From Floridaenema evergladense BLCC-F167 (GTDB lineage: Bacteria; Cyanobacteriota; Cyanobacteriia; Cyanobacteriales; Aerosakkonemataceae), in assembly GCF_041929205.1 (NCBI RefSeq), contig NZ_JBHFNT010000303.1: a DNA stretch of 64,000 bases; one strand, given 5' to 3'. Position 1 is the first letter of the stretch, and the number at the start of each line of letters is the position of its first letter. The translations under genes were made by a program, and so were the position numbers. Below are positions 54,648-63,133 of the stretch, in pieces. The notes under the pieces are model-generated. The model worked only from the letters and a program-made list of their open reading frames with translations. It was not told the DNA's origin and did no database searches.

Positions 54648-54720
54648 GTTTGATTAGCTCAGTGGTAGAGCATCCGAACGCATCGGTAGGACGTAGGTTC
54701 AATCCCTACATCAAACACCA
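54648..54720 (+). tRNA. tRNA-like gene (probable degenerate/pseudo-tRNA; anticodon arm does not fold canonically)
   Basis: Perfect 7-bp acceptor (GTTTGAT/ATCAAAC). D-arm GCTCAGTGGTAGAGC. T-arm GTAGGTTCAATCCCTAC. Encoded ACCA 3' end. The anticodon region ATCCGAACGCATCGGTA gives only 3-4 bp of stem and no U33. Confidence 0.45.
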
Positions 54721-54796
54721 GGAAGTTAGCTCAATGGGTAGAGCGATCGACTGAAAATTCGATTTGTCGCAGGTTCAAATCCTGTACTTTCAACCA
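54721..54796 (+). tRNA. tRNA-like gene, anticodon loop CTGAAAAT (GAA, Phe-like) but 8-nt loop and imperfect acceptor
   Basis: D-arm GCTCAATGGGTAGAGC. Anticodon stem ATCGA/TCGAT with 8-nt loop CTGAAAAT. T-arm GCAGGTTCAAATCCTGT. The acceptor GGAAGTT/ACTTTCA pairs at only 5 of 7 positions. The 3' end is ACCA. Confidence 0.45.
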
Positions 54797-55175
54797 ACCC
54801 TGTCCGGGTCAAAAGACACTACTTTTTGGAAGTAGCTTACCTCAACTCTCTAACAAACTCTGCAATGTAGGTGTGTACTAGGGATAGTAACAGTAAAGAA
54901 GCCAGTGCAATTGTTTTCTCTCTAACTTGAGTATGTCCTTCATTGTCTTTATCCAGTTTTCCTAGATACAACAAACTGAACGGCATATCTGAGGATTGCG
55001 ATCTTTTTCTGAGTACTCTACTCACGAAGTAGCAATCATCTTAATCCAGTCCGAGAAGAAGCAACTCGCCCGCAACCGAACTGCAAACACCTACATTTGC
55101 AGATTTGACAATCTGTGTAGTATCTATGTAGCATAAAGTTAATAGTAAAAACCTAAGTCGTCTGAGCAATTTTCT

Positions 55176-56693
55176 ATGTGGAAAACATTTTATATTAAAC
55201 CTAACGAAATTGGAATTTTGTATCACCGTAGTGATTTCCAAAAAATTTTGCAGCCGGGGACTTACACTTATTTTGGTTGGCACTGGCAAGTCAAAACCTA
55301 CGATCTCAATCAACCAGAGGTAAAGATTGAGAACTTGGAGCTATTACTGCGAGATCGTAGTGCGGAGTTAGAACCATACTTATTAGTAGTAAGAACTGCA
55401 TTCAATCAAGCTGCTTTAGTACGAGTAGGACAAAATTGGCTCAGTGTTTTACCCAATCGATTGCGAGCTTTTTGGCGCGGTTTTATTGAAGTAGAATCTT
55501 ATCTTTTCAATTTGAATGAAAGTTTGGAATTACCAGCCGAGTTTAGAGAACAAATACGTAAGATTGCCTTGGATGGAATCCAGAAGTTCTTAATTTCCGA
55601 GTCGGAAATTGGTTTACTTTACGTGCAGAAAAACTTCGTGCGATCGCTCGAACCAGGCGAATATGCTTTTTGGACTGTCGAACGAGTTGTTTTAGTTCAC
55701 AATCTCAGTCGAATTATACCCAATCCAGACTTTCCCTTGCCAGATGTATTGATCGAGCAACATCCTGATTTCGTAGCAGCTTACTGCGAAACGGTGCAAT
55801 TACAAAATCATCAGGTAGCCATTGTTCGCTATCAAGGTAAAGTTATTTCTATTCTCCCACCCACTATTCGGAAACTATTTTGGCGAGGTGTGGAAGTAGA
55901 GGTAATTGATATCAGCAATGATGCTAAATTACCAACTAATTTAGTGGCAGAATTAGTCTTGAATGCGCCAGAGAGAGTTCGCAATTTTTTGCATATTCAA
56001 GAAGTGCCAGCACAGCACGTTGGATTACTTTACATCAATCAAGAGTTTCAAACCCAACTTCAGCCAGGAATACACGCTTGGTGGATATTTGGACGTTCTT
56101 GGCAGACGGAAGCTATTGATTTGAGATTGCAAACGATCGAAGTATCCGGTCAAGATATTCTCTCTAAAGATAAAGTACCTTTGCGGTTGAATTTAACTGC
56201 TGGGTTTCGCATTCTAGATCCATTAAAAGCCAAAAACGGCTTATCCGATATTGCTGGTTTCTTATACAAGGAACTACAATTTGGTTTGCGGGGAGCAGTG
56301 GGCGAACGTACTCTAGATGCTTTACTAGAAAATAAAGGAGCAGTCGATAAAAGTGTAGCTGAATATATCGAGCAAAAAACTGCCGACTATGGAATTGAAA
56401 TTAATTCCGTTGGGGTCAAAGATATTATTTTACCTGGCGAGATTAAGACAATTTTGAGTAAGGTGGTAGAGGCAGAGAAATCTGCTCAAGCTAACGTAGT
56501 ACGTCGTCGGGAAGAAACTGCTGCTACTCGCAGTATGTTGAATACGGCGAAAGTGATGGAAGATAATCCGGTGGCTTTACGTTTGAAAGAGTTAGAAGTG
56601 TTAGAAAGAATTGCTGAGAAGATCGATCGCATTCAAGTTAACGGTAGCTTGGATAGCATTTTGACCGACTTAATTCGGCTCAACCGGGAATAA
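55176..56693 (+). CDS. SPFH/band-7 domain protein with triplicated N-terminal segment
   Basis: The C-terminal ~250 aa form an SPFH core (...DILSKDKVPLRLNLTAGFRILDPLKA...GIEINSVGVKDIILPGEIKTILSKVVEAEKSAQANVVRRRE...). Three N-terminal repeats have the form E.G.LY....F...LQPG.Y.FW. Confidence 0.7.
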   Translation: MWKTFYIKPNEIGILYHRSDFQKILQPGTYTYFGWHWQVKTYDLNQPEVKIENLELLLRDRSAELEPYLLVVRTAFNQAALVRVGQNWLSVLPNRLRAFWRGFIEVESYLFNLNESLELPAEFREQIRKIALDGIQKFLISESEIGLLYVQKNFVRSLEPGEYAFWTVERVVLVHNLSRIIPNPDFPLPDVLIEQHPDFVAAYCETVQLQNHQVAIVRYQGKVISILPPTIRKLFWRGVEVEVIDISNDAKLPTNLVAELVLNAPERVRNFLHIQEVPAQHVGLLYINQEFQTQLQPGIHAWWIFGRSWQTEAIDLRLQTIEVSGQDILSKDKVPLRLNLTAGFRILDPLKAKNGLSDIAGFLYKELQFGLRGAVGERTLDALLENKGAVDKSVAEYIEQKTADYGIEINSVGVKDIILPGEIKTILSKVVEAEKSAQANVVRRREETAATRSMLNTAKVMEDNPVALRLKELEVLERIAEKIDRIQVNGSLDSILTDLIRLNRE

Positions 56694-56788
56694 AATAATA
56701 GTGTGATCGCCGGAGAATTAATCGAGCGATCGCATACACATTGCTGCCATTTGTACTGCTTAATTTTTATTTTTAGCCGCCCCTATCG

Positions 56789-59446
56789 GTGGCGGTAAAT
56801 AGAAGTAATTGTAGTCTACAAATGCAACCAGATTATCTGAAATTACTGGCTCAATTTGAGCAGGAATTCTCTCCTATCTCTCGCCATCAATCAGTAACAG
56901 AAAACCAATTGGTTGAGGCTAACAATCTCCTAGAATTACTAGGAGAAGAGATCATTTGGCATGAAACAACACCTGCAACCAACCCACTCAATAAAAACCT
57001 GCCATCTGATTTACCAAAAGAACTGAAACAAGCTTTACAACAGCAAGGCATAAAACAGCTTTATTCTCACCAAATCAAAGCTCTCAAAGCAGTGCGTCAA
57101 GGTCGAGATATCATCTTATCAACTACAACTAGTTCTGGCAAATCTTTGAGCGCATATCTTCCGATTTTATCAGGAGTAATGCAGCATGATTATACCGCCT
57201 TAGCTTTTTATGGATTAAGAGCCTTAACATCAGACCAAGGTCAAAAAGTTGCTAACTTAATCAAATCTATTCCCCAGTCTACACAACCTCGATTAGCGAT
57301 GCTAACCGGAGATACTAGCAAAGAGGAAAGAGAAAGATTATTAGCAACTAATCCTCAAATTATTGGAGCTACGCCGGAATTAATTCACTTTGCACTTAGA
57401 GGAGTTCATTGGAGTCAACCTTGGCAGCAATTCTTGAGCAAACTGCGTTACGTGCTAATTGATGAAGCGCACACTTTCAATGGTGTTTATGGAGCAAATA
57501 TGGCAGCTTTAATTCGGCGGTTAAAGTTAGCAGTTGATGGTAATGGTGGTAATTCTAATCAACTACAATTCATCTTTTTGAGTGCTACAATTGGTAATCC
57601 AGTAGAATTGGCTAGGAGATTATCTAGTAGAAATCGTCACCGTAATTCAACTAAACCAGATAGATTGGTTTGGATTAATTCCAGTGGAGCAGCTACACCT
57701 TCTCGACAGTTAATTGTCACTAAACCTAGCCATAATGCTAACCCAGATGCAGCGAGAATTATCTTGTTTTTATTGCAATCTGGACAAAGCGGGATTTGTT
57801 TTTGTAATGGCAGACAAGCTATTAAGAATTTGTGGTCAACTTTACGACAAGAGGCGATTCAACAAGGTTATAGTAGCATTGAAAAACAAGTAGCTATATT
57901 CTATAGCAGTTTAACTAGCCAGCGTCGTACCGAAATAATTCAACAATTAGAACTAGGCCAGATTCGATGTATTATTAGTACCAGTTCGTTGGAAGCTGGA
58001 ATTGACCTACCACAACTGGATTATGTAATTATTAGAGGTTGGCCTGGAAGTTTGCAAGCATTTCGACAAAGATTAGGAAGAGCAGGGAGAGTAAAAGCTG
58101 GTTTAGCTGTTTTTATTCCGATTGCTCAATTACCTTTGGATAATTATTTTGCTACACATCCTCAGTTGTTATTAGGAGCTCCGTCAGAACAGGTTAGCTT
58201 TAGTACCAATTACCCGATAGACTTAGCCAAACATTTGATGTGTGCCGCAGTAGAAACGGGAATTCCTGTGACTAAACTCAAGTACTATTTTGGTAAATTG
58301 GCGCTGACTATTGCCACAGCTTTGATGGAACAGGGAGTCATGCACAAAAGTCGCGGTCGATTATGGGCGAAAGGATTTCCCCATAAAGATGTTAACTTTC
58401 GGGGTGGAATAAACAGCAGCACAGTTCAATTGGTAGATGCGGAATTTGGAGAAGAAGTTGAAAGTTTAAGTGCTGAAATTGCTATCCATGAAGTGTTCCC
58501 TGGTGCAATTTACCGAACGCAAAATTCGGACGGACAATTAGTAACTTATCGCTCGGAAACTCTGGAATTGCAAATGGGAAAAGCCCTATTGCAGTTAATT
58601 ACAGAAACTCCGTTGTTTACGACTGCTGTCAATCGTGTTGATACCTGTATCCATCAAGAATTGAGTACGCCTAAAATTGTTCCTTTGCTTGTGTCAACAG
58701 CAGAAAGTAATGGTTCAACTCAAGTTCCGTTATCGATACAATTGAGTTTAGGTTGGGGTGAAATTAGTCAACAAGTGACTGGGTATCAATTACTAACCAG
58801 GTCATACAAGTTAACTTGTTTGCAGAAAAAGTGCGTAAATTATAAGGAAGGATTGAACGAGCGTACTCATTGTCCAGCTTGTGGTAAACGGTTGCGGAAA
58901 GCGGAGTTAACAACGGTACTTAATGAAGTTGAGTTTGAGCAACCTTATGCTATCAAGTTTAGTACTCCTGTTGTCCAGATTAGTGTTAGCGAATCAGTTA
59001 ATCGATACTGGCAAGAAATTGTAGTTCGGACTCGCACTCAACTGTTGCAAACCAAGCAACCAATTCCGACAAATTATCAACAACTATGGGAATATCCAGC
59101 GCAGTTTTTAGTAATTCATAGTTTTGGGCATCAGATTTTAGCAGCTTTGCCATTGGTGGTATTGGCTGGGATGAATGATGTGAGTTTTCGGGTAGAAAAA
59201 AGAGGAATTGCAGATTATGTTGGTTTATTTTATGACAGGGTTGAAGGTGGTTCCGGTAGTGCGGAGGCAATTTTTAAGCAGTTACCAAAACTTGCTAAAG
59301 TAGGAGGTGAATTAGCTCGGAATTGTGAATGCGAATCCGGTTGTCCTAAGTGTTTGATTCAACCTGGTTGTCCTGATGGTAATAAAGGTTTGCTCAAAGA
59401 ATTGGGACTGCTTTTATGTGATGCGCTTTCATTAATTGAAGCATAA
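56789..59446 (+). CDS. DEAD/DEAH-box helicase with C-terminal DUF1998 zinc-ribbon domain (MrfA/YprA-like; DrmA/DrmB-like architecture)
   Basis: Motif I TTTSSGKSL. Motif II LIDEAHTFNG. Motif III LSATIGNP. Motif VI-like QRLGRAGR. C-terminal Cys cluster CECESGCPKCLIQPGCPDGN. Confidence 0.7.
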   Translation: MAVNRSNCSLQMQPDYLKLLAQFEQEFSPISRHQSVTENQLVEANNLLELLGEEIIWHETTPATNPLNKNLPSDLPKELKQALQQQGIKQLYSHQIKALKAVRQGRDIILSTTTSSGKSLSAYLPILSGVMQHDYTALAFYGLRALTSDQGQKVANLIKSIPQSTQPRLAMLTGDTSKEERERLLATNPQIIGATPELIHFALRGVHWSQPWQQFLSKLRYVLIDEAHTFNGVYGANMAALIRRLKLAVDGNGGNSNQLQFIFLSATIGNPVELARRLSSRNRHRNSTKPDRLVWINSSGAATPSRQLIVTKPSHNANPDAARIILFLLQSGQSGICFCNGRQAIKNLWSTLRQEAIQQGYSSIEKQVAIFYSSLTSQRRTEIIQQLELGQIRCIISTSSLEAGIDLPQLDYVIIRGWPGSLQAFRQRLGRAGRVKAGLAVFIPIAQLPLDNYFATHPQLLLGAPSEQVSFSTNYPIDLAKHLMCAAVETGIPVTKLKYYFGKLALTIATALMEQGVMHKSRGRLWAKGFPHKDVNFRGGINSSTVQLVDAEFGEEVESLSAEIAIHEVFPGAIYRTQNSDGQLVTYRSETLELQMGKALLQLITETPLFTTAVNRVDTCIHQELSTPKIVPLLVSTAESNGSTQVPLSIQLSLGWGEISQQVTGYQLLTRSYKLTCLQKKCVNYKEGLNERTHCPACGKRLRKAELTTVLNEVEFEQPYAIKFSTPVVQISVSESVNRYWQEIVVRTRTQLLQTKQPIPTNYQQLWEYPAQFLVIHSFGHQILAALPLVVLAGMNDVSFRVEKRGIADYVGLFYDRVEGGSGSAEAIFKQLPKLAKVGGELARNCECESGCPKCLIQPGCPDGNKGLLKELGLLLCDALSLIEA

Positions 59447-59545
59447 TCCGATTAGGTGAACTTGGGGAAGTGTATTATTTAATAAGCGCTTCTCCAAAGC
59501 GCTTTCCAAAAGATTCAATTGAGAAATGCGAGTATAGCTTCTGGC

Positions 59546-61459
59546 TTATTGCTTCTCTTCACCAAATCTGCGTAAGAGCCAAAATTTCCACCAACACTTC
59601 TTTTTCACGGGCCAAGTTATTTCACAAAGAGTCCCCTTTTTAGCTAAACCTTTTCGGGTAAATTTACCTCCAAGTTGTCGGGCTAAATTCTTAAACTGCT
59701 GCGTTCCTCGACCTTCAGATGATGAATTAATACCTTGTCCATTATCAGTAATACTCAGAGTATACCAGTTTTCTTTTTCAATGCAAGTAACACTCAGGCG
59801 AGTTACTCCTTTCGCGTGTTTTCCTACATTGCACAATGCTTCTTCTAAAAAACGGCAGAGTCCTTGTTTCTTTTCAATGCTTAATTGCTCATTATCAATA
59901 GGTACAAAAGAATAAACTTTAATTTTCAAATTTCTAAAGCCGGGTAAATCTCGCTCTAATGTATGAACATATACTTGATAAAAAAGTTCATGTATGGGAG
60001 CTTGTAAGTTAATTTCTAATCTCCTTTCTAAGTAAAGACTATCTGCTTGAGTTACGGTTTCTTTCTGCATGAATTCATAAATTGCTCGCAATTCCGAATT
60101 AACATCTTTTAGGTCTTTAATTAATTGTTTGTGTTGGGATAAATTTTGCTCTTGTAAATCTCTCAGGATTGCAGCTAACTTTTGTAATGGGCCATTATGT
60201 ATAGTATCAAATGTGCGATCGATTAACATTTGCCGATCGCTAATTCTAGCTCTCAAAGCGCGGTCATACTGATAAAAAGCATTCAGGACTACACCATTTA
60301 CAACTAACAGTATCATTGCTGGCAATACTGGTATCCACCAGCCAAAAATTATGCAGAAATAAGCAATTCCTAATAAAATAATGCCAGCTACACTAACAAC
60401 TAAAATATTTTTTCCCGGAGATTGAGTTATTTTTCCTAAACTGATTCCCACAATACCCCACAGTAAAATCCATAAATATTCCCATTCTTCTGACCAACTT
60501 TGTAAAAGTGGTCGTTTGTCCAGTACTGCACTAACAATTTGACTAACTGCATGAGCTTGAATTTCTACTCCGTAAACTACTCCCGGTGCCGGATCTGTAC
60601 TGCGAATTGCTGCGGTATTTATGTGATCTTTAATGCTAGGAGCGGTCAGACCAATAATGATAATGCGATCGCGTAACCACTGAGGATTATATTCTCCGTT
60701 GTTTAACTGATTCAAGGATATCCTTCTAAATCTTTTTTCCCCACTCCGAAAGTTAAGTAATATTTGAATTCCGCCATCATCTACTTTTACATATCCTCCA
60801 GTTTTCGATAAAAATCGAGGTAATTCAGTGGAACCAAATCTCATAGTTTCCGAGTCTTTAATTCCGTTTTCCAGTTTAATACCTTGGCTGGCTAAATAAG
60901 CTTCTGCTAACTTTAAAGATAGAGAAAATTTATACCCTTTTGGAGTTGGAGTTGCTAATAAACTACGTCTTAAATTACCATCATAATCTAACATCGCATC
61001 TACAAAACCAACTTGTTTAGTAGGTAATGCTGGTGGAGGTGCAAATTCAGCAGGTAACACTTTTTCTATGCCAATTAAATTTTTAGTATTTTTAAATGTG
61101 GCAACTAAGGAACTATGGCCTGGTTCTACTGGCAAATCTCTGATAATATCAAGACCGATTACTTTCGGTTTATATCGCTGCAATTTGTTAATTAATTGGG
61201 CTATTTCGCGATCGGGAATAGGATAAGTTTTTATACTTTGGATATCTTCTTCATTAATACCAATAATAGTGATTCGTTCATCGATAGTTTCGGGAGGACG
61301 TAACCGGAGAAATTTATCAAACACTGCTAATTCCAAAGATTGCAGATAACCAAGCGAACGGGCAATTATTACTAGGAAAATTACTATTATTCCTGGGATT
61401 GTCCCAGTCCGCCAAATCCTTAATTGTTCTTGGATTCCTTGCCAAATATCCTCTTGCAC
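59546..61459 (-). CDS. CHASE2-domain sensor histidine kinase (HisKA_3/NarX-type)
   Basis: The N-terminal extracytoplasmic CHASE2-like region is flanked by TM helices, with a cluster of TMs (aa ~330-400). The C-terminal HATPase is NVGKHAKGVTRLSVT...ITDNGQGI...GRGTQQFKNLARQLGG. A NarL-type regulator is encoded directly downstream. Confidence 0.7.
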   Translation of the reverse strand: MQEDIWQGIQEQLRIWRTGTIPGIIVIFLVIIARSLGYLQSLELAVFDKFLRLRPPETIDERITIIGINEEDIQSIKTYPIPDREIAQLINKLQRYKPKVIGLDIIRDLPVEPGHSSLVATFKNTKNLIGIEKVLPAEFAPPPALPTKQVGFVDAMLDYDGNLRRSLLATPTPKGYKFSLSLKLAEAYLASQGIKLENGIKDSETMRFGSTELPRFLSKTGGYVKVDDGGIQILLNFRSGEKRFRRISLNQLNNGEYNPQWLRDRIIIIGLTAPSIKDHINTAAIRSTDPAPGVVYGVEIQAHAVSQIVSAVLDKRPLLQSWSEEWEYLWILLWGIVGISLGKITQSPGKNILVVSVAGIILLGIAYFCIIFGWWIPVLPAMILLVVNGVVLNAFYQYDRALRARISDRQMLIDRTFDTIHNGPLQKLAAILRDLQEQNLSQHKQLIKDLKDVNSELRAIYEFMQKETVTQADSLYLERRLEINLQAPIHELFYQVYVHTLERDLPGFRNLKIKVYSFVPIDNEQLSIEKKQGLCRFLEEALCNVGKHAKGVTRLSVTCIEKENWYTLSITDNGQGINSSSEGRGTQQFKNLARQLGGKFTRKGLAKKGTLCEITWPVKKKCWWKFWLLRRFGEEKQ

Positions 61460-61482
61460 AATTATTTAATTTCCCTTTAATT

Positions 61483-62166
61483 TCAATCAATTAAACCTTC
61501 TTCTCTAGCTCGCATTTCGGTTTGAATGCGAATATTTTTACCTTCTTCAGGATAAACATTTAAAGCATCTTGAACTTTATTCCAATAATGTCTTACCATA
61601 CGTTCAGATACGTTTAAGCGATCGGCAATTGCCTTATCTTGTAATCCTTCTTGAAATGCTAATTCTAATACCTTTAACCATTCTGGTTTAAATTCTAATC
61701 CAGCTTGGATACTTTTAATATCTTTGGTATGAGTTAATCCTTGTAAAGCCCAGTTTACTCTGGCTAACATTTCCTGTCTAGACAGGCTTTTATCTGCTAC
61801 TGTAAATCCTCCTTTGTGGCTATCAATTTCCTGTTTAATTCGCACTAAGGTTCTAGCATGAGCACTTTGTACCACTAAGTTAATTTCCGGGTATTTTTTC
61901 AGGATTTTTCTCAACAATTGGATTCCCAGATCTGTGCGAGCAACTTCTCCAGTTTGTTCGGGAATTGAAAGATCCATAACTATGACATCTGGAGAAAAGT
62001 TTTCTATTTGTTTTTCAGCATCTTGGACAGTCTGCGCGGTAATAATTTCTGCCTGGAAATAATGCTTTTGCAATATATCAATTGTTCCACTTATGACTAA
62101 TTCATGGTCATCAATTACCAGAATTTTTTCTATTTTGGTTTCTGACATTTTTGGGTTCATAATCAA
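61483..62166 (-). CDS. NarL/FixJ-family response regulator (REC + LuxR-type HTH)
   Basis: REC domain ILVIDDHELV...DVIVMDLSIPEQTG...LVVQSAH. C-terminal HTH LQDKAIADRLNVSERMVRHYWNKV. Confidence 0.85.
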   Translation of the reverse strand: MIMNPKMSETKIEKILVIDDHELVISGTIDILQKHYFQAEIITAQTVQDAEKQIENFSPDVIVMDLSIPEQTGEVARTDLGIQLLRKILKKYPEINLVVQSAHARTLVRIKQEIDSHKGGFTVADKSLSRQEMLARVNWALQGLTHTKDIKSIQAGLEFKPEWLKVLELAFQEGLQDKAIADRLNVSERMVRHYWNKVQDALNVYPEEGKNIRIQTEMRAREEGLID

Positions 62167-62201
62167 TCCTGTTGCTGTGTTAAAATTTTAAAATCATTTT
62201 A

Positions 62202-62915
62202 TCATACTTCAGACCATTGGAAATACCAAATATCAGTCAAATTTTTTCGACAACGGGAACAATTTCCCGATGTTAAAACTTTAAAAGTCTTGCTAAGGTA
62301 AGCTAAATTTGGGCATTTGGCATGAGAATCAAGTGTTGCTTTGTCAGGATAAGAAATACCAACAATTAAATTAGCTAAATGATTTCCTAAACTTAGATTA
62401 ATTGAAATTGATATTTTGGTCAAATCATGCGTCAAATTTATTTGCAGCAGTTCATTTAAGATTTGCAAAATCACTAAATTAAGCTCTGGAGATTCTTGTC
62501 TCCAGTCAGTAGGTATTTCTAAGTTAATTTTAAGATAAGGATGTTTTTGACACCACAAAGCCGCTAAACTTTGTATTCCTAAAGGTAAACTATATTCGCA
62601 GTTAATGGGTGCTAGTCGATCGCTCAATTCCGATAAAGAATGATAAATCTTTTCAATTTTTTCTAAGTAATCTTGGCTAAATTTTGGAGAAATACCTTCT
62701 TCATTTATAAGTAAAGACTCTAGCATTCTTCGCATAGCACAAGATTCTTGTAGTAAATCATTACGGATATTTTCTGCTTCGTAAAACAGGTGTTTTGACT
62801 GTCTATAAGACCACCATTGTAAAGCTTTTTCAGTATAACGATAAAAGGCGACGAACCACAGTAAACTCATAACACAGCCCAGAAAAACTATTACATAAAA
62901 CTTTTCAATAATCAC
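62202..62915 (-). CDS. membrane protein resembling a degenerate HisKA_3 kinase (no phospho-acceptor His, no G-boxes)
   Basis: N-terminal TM. ENIRNDLLQESCAMRRMLESLL sits where ER.RIARELHD would be, with Leu in place of His. The N-box-like LVILQILNELLQINLTHDL is present. The ORF ends without G1/G2 boxes. Confidence 0.35.
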   Translation of the reverse strand: MIIEKFYVIVFLGCVMSLLWFVAFYRYTEKALQWWSYRQSKHLFYEAENIRNDLLQESCAMRRMLESLLINEEGISPKFSQDYLEKIEKIYHSLSELSDRLAPINCEYSLPLGIQSLAALWCQKHPYLKINLEIPTDWRQESPELNLVILQILNELLQINLTHDLTKISISINLSLGNHLANLIVGISYPDKATLDSHAKCPNLAYLSKTFKVLTSGNCSRCRKNLTDIWYFQWSEV

Positions 62916-63133
62916 AATAGTATCGTAGTTTTGACAACCTAAGTAAATTCCCAGATACCCTGATGTTTCCCATAACTAGTTAACTAGGATATCATCAAAA
63001 TACTCAGTAAGTCATTACCTATTTCGGTAAAGTTAATTTCCGAAAGTTGCTATTGTGATTTCCGAAAACTACATGAGCGAATTAAACAAACAGATAGTTA
63101 AACAAAAACTCTCTATTTCCCTTGACATTAGCC

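Noticed and set aside
54514-54702. A 62-aa minus-strand ORF from the six-frame track.
   Set aside because: It lies antisense across the tRNA-like gene and the preceding hairpin flank. No coding signal is present.
54648-54720. Tried to assign the first tRNA-like gene as a functional tRNA-Cys (GCA) or tRNA-Ala (CGC).
   Set aside because: No register gives a 5-bp anticodon stem with a 7-nt loop and U33. I left it as tRNA-like or pseudo-tRNA.
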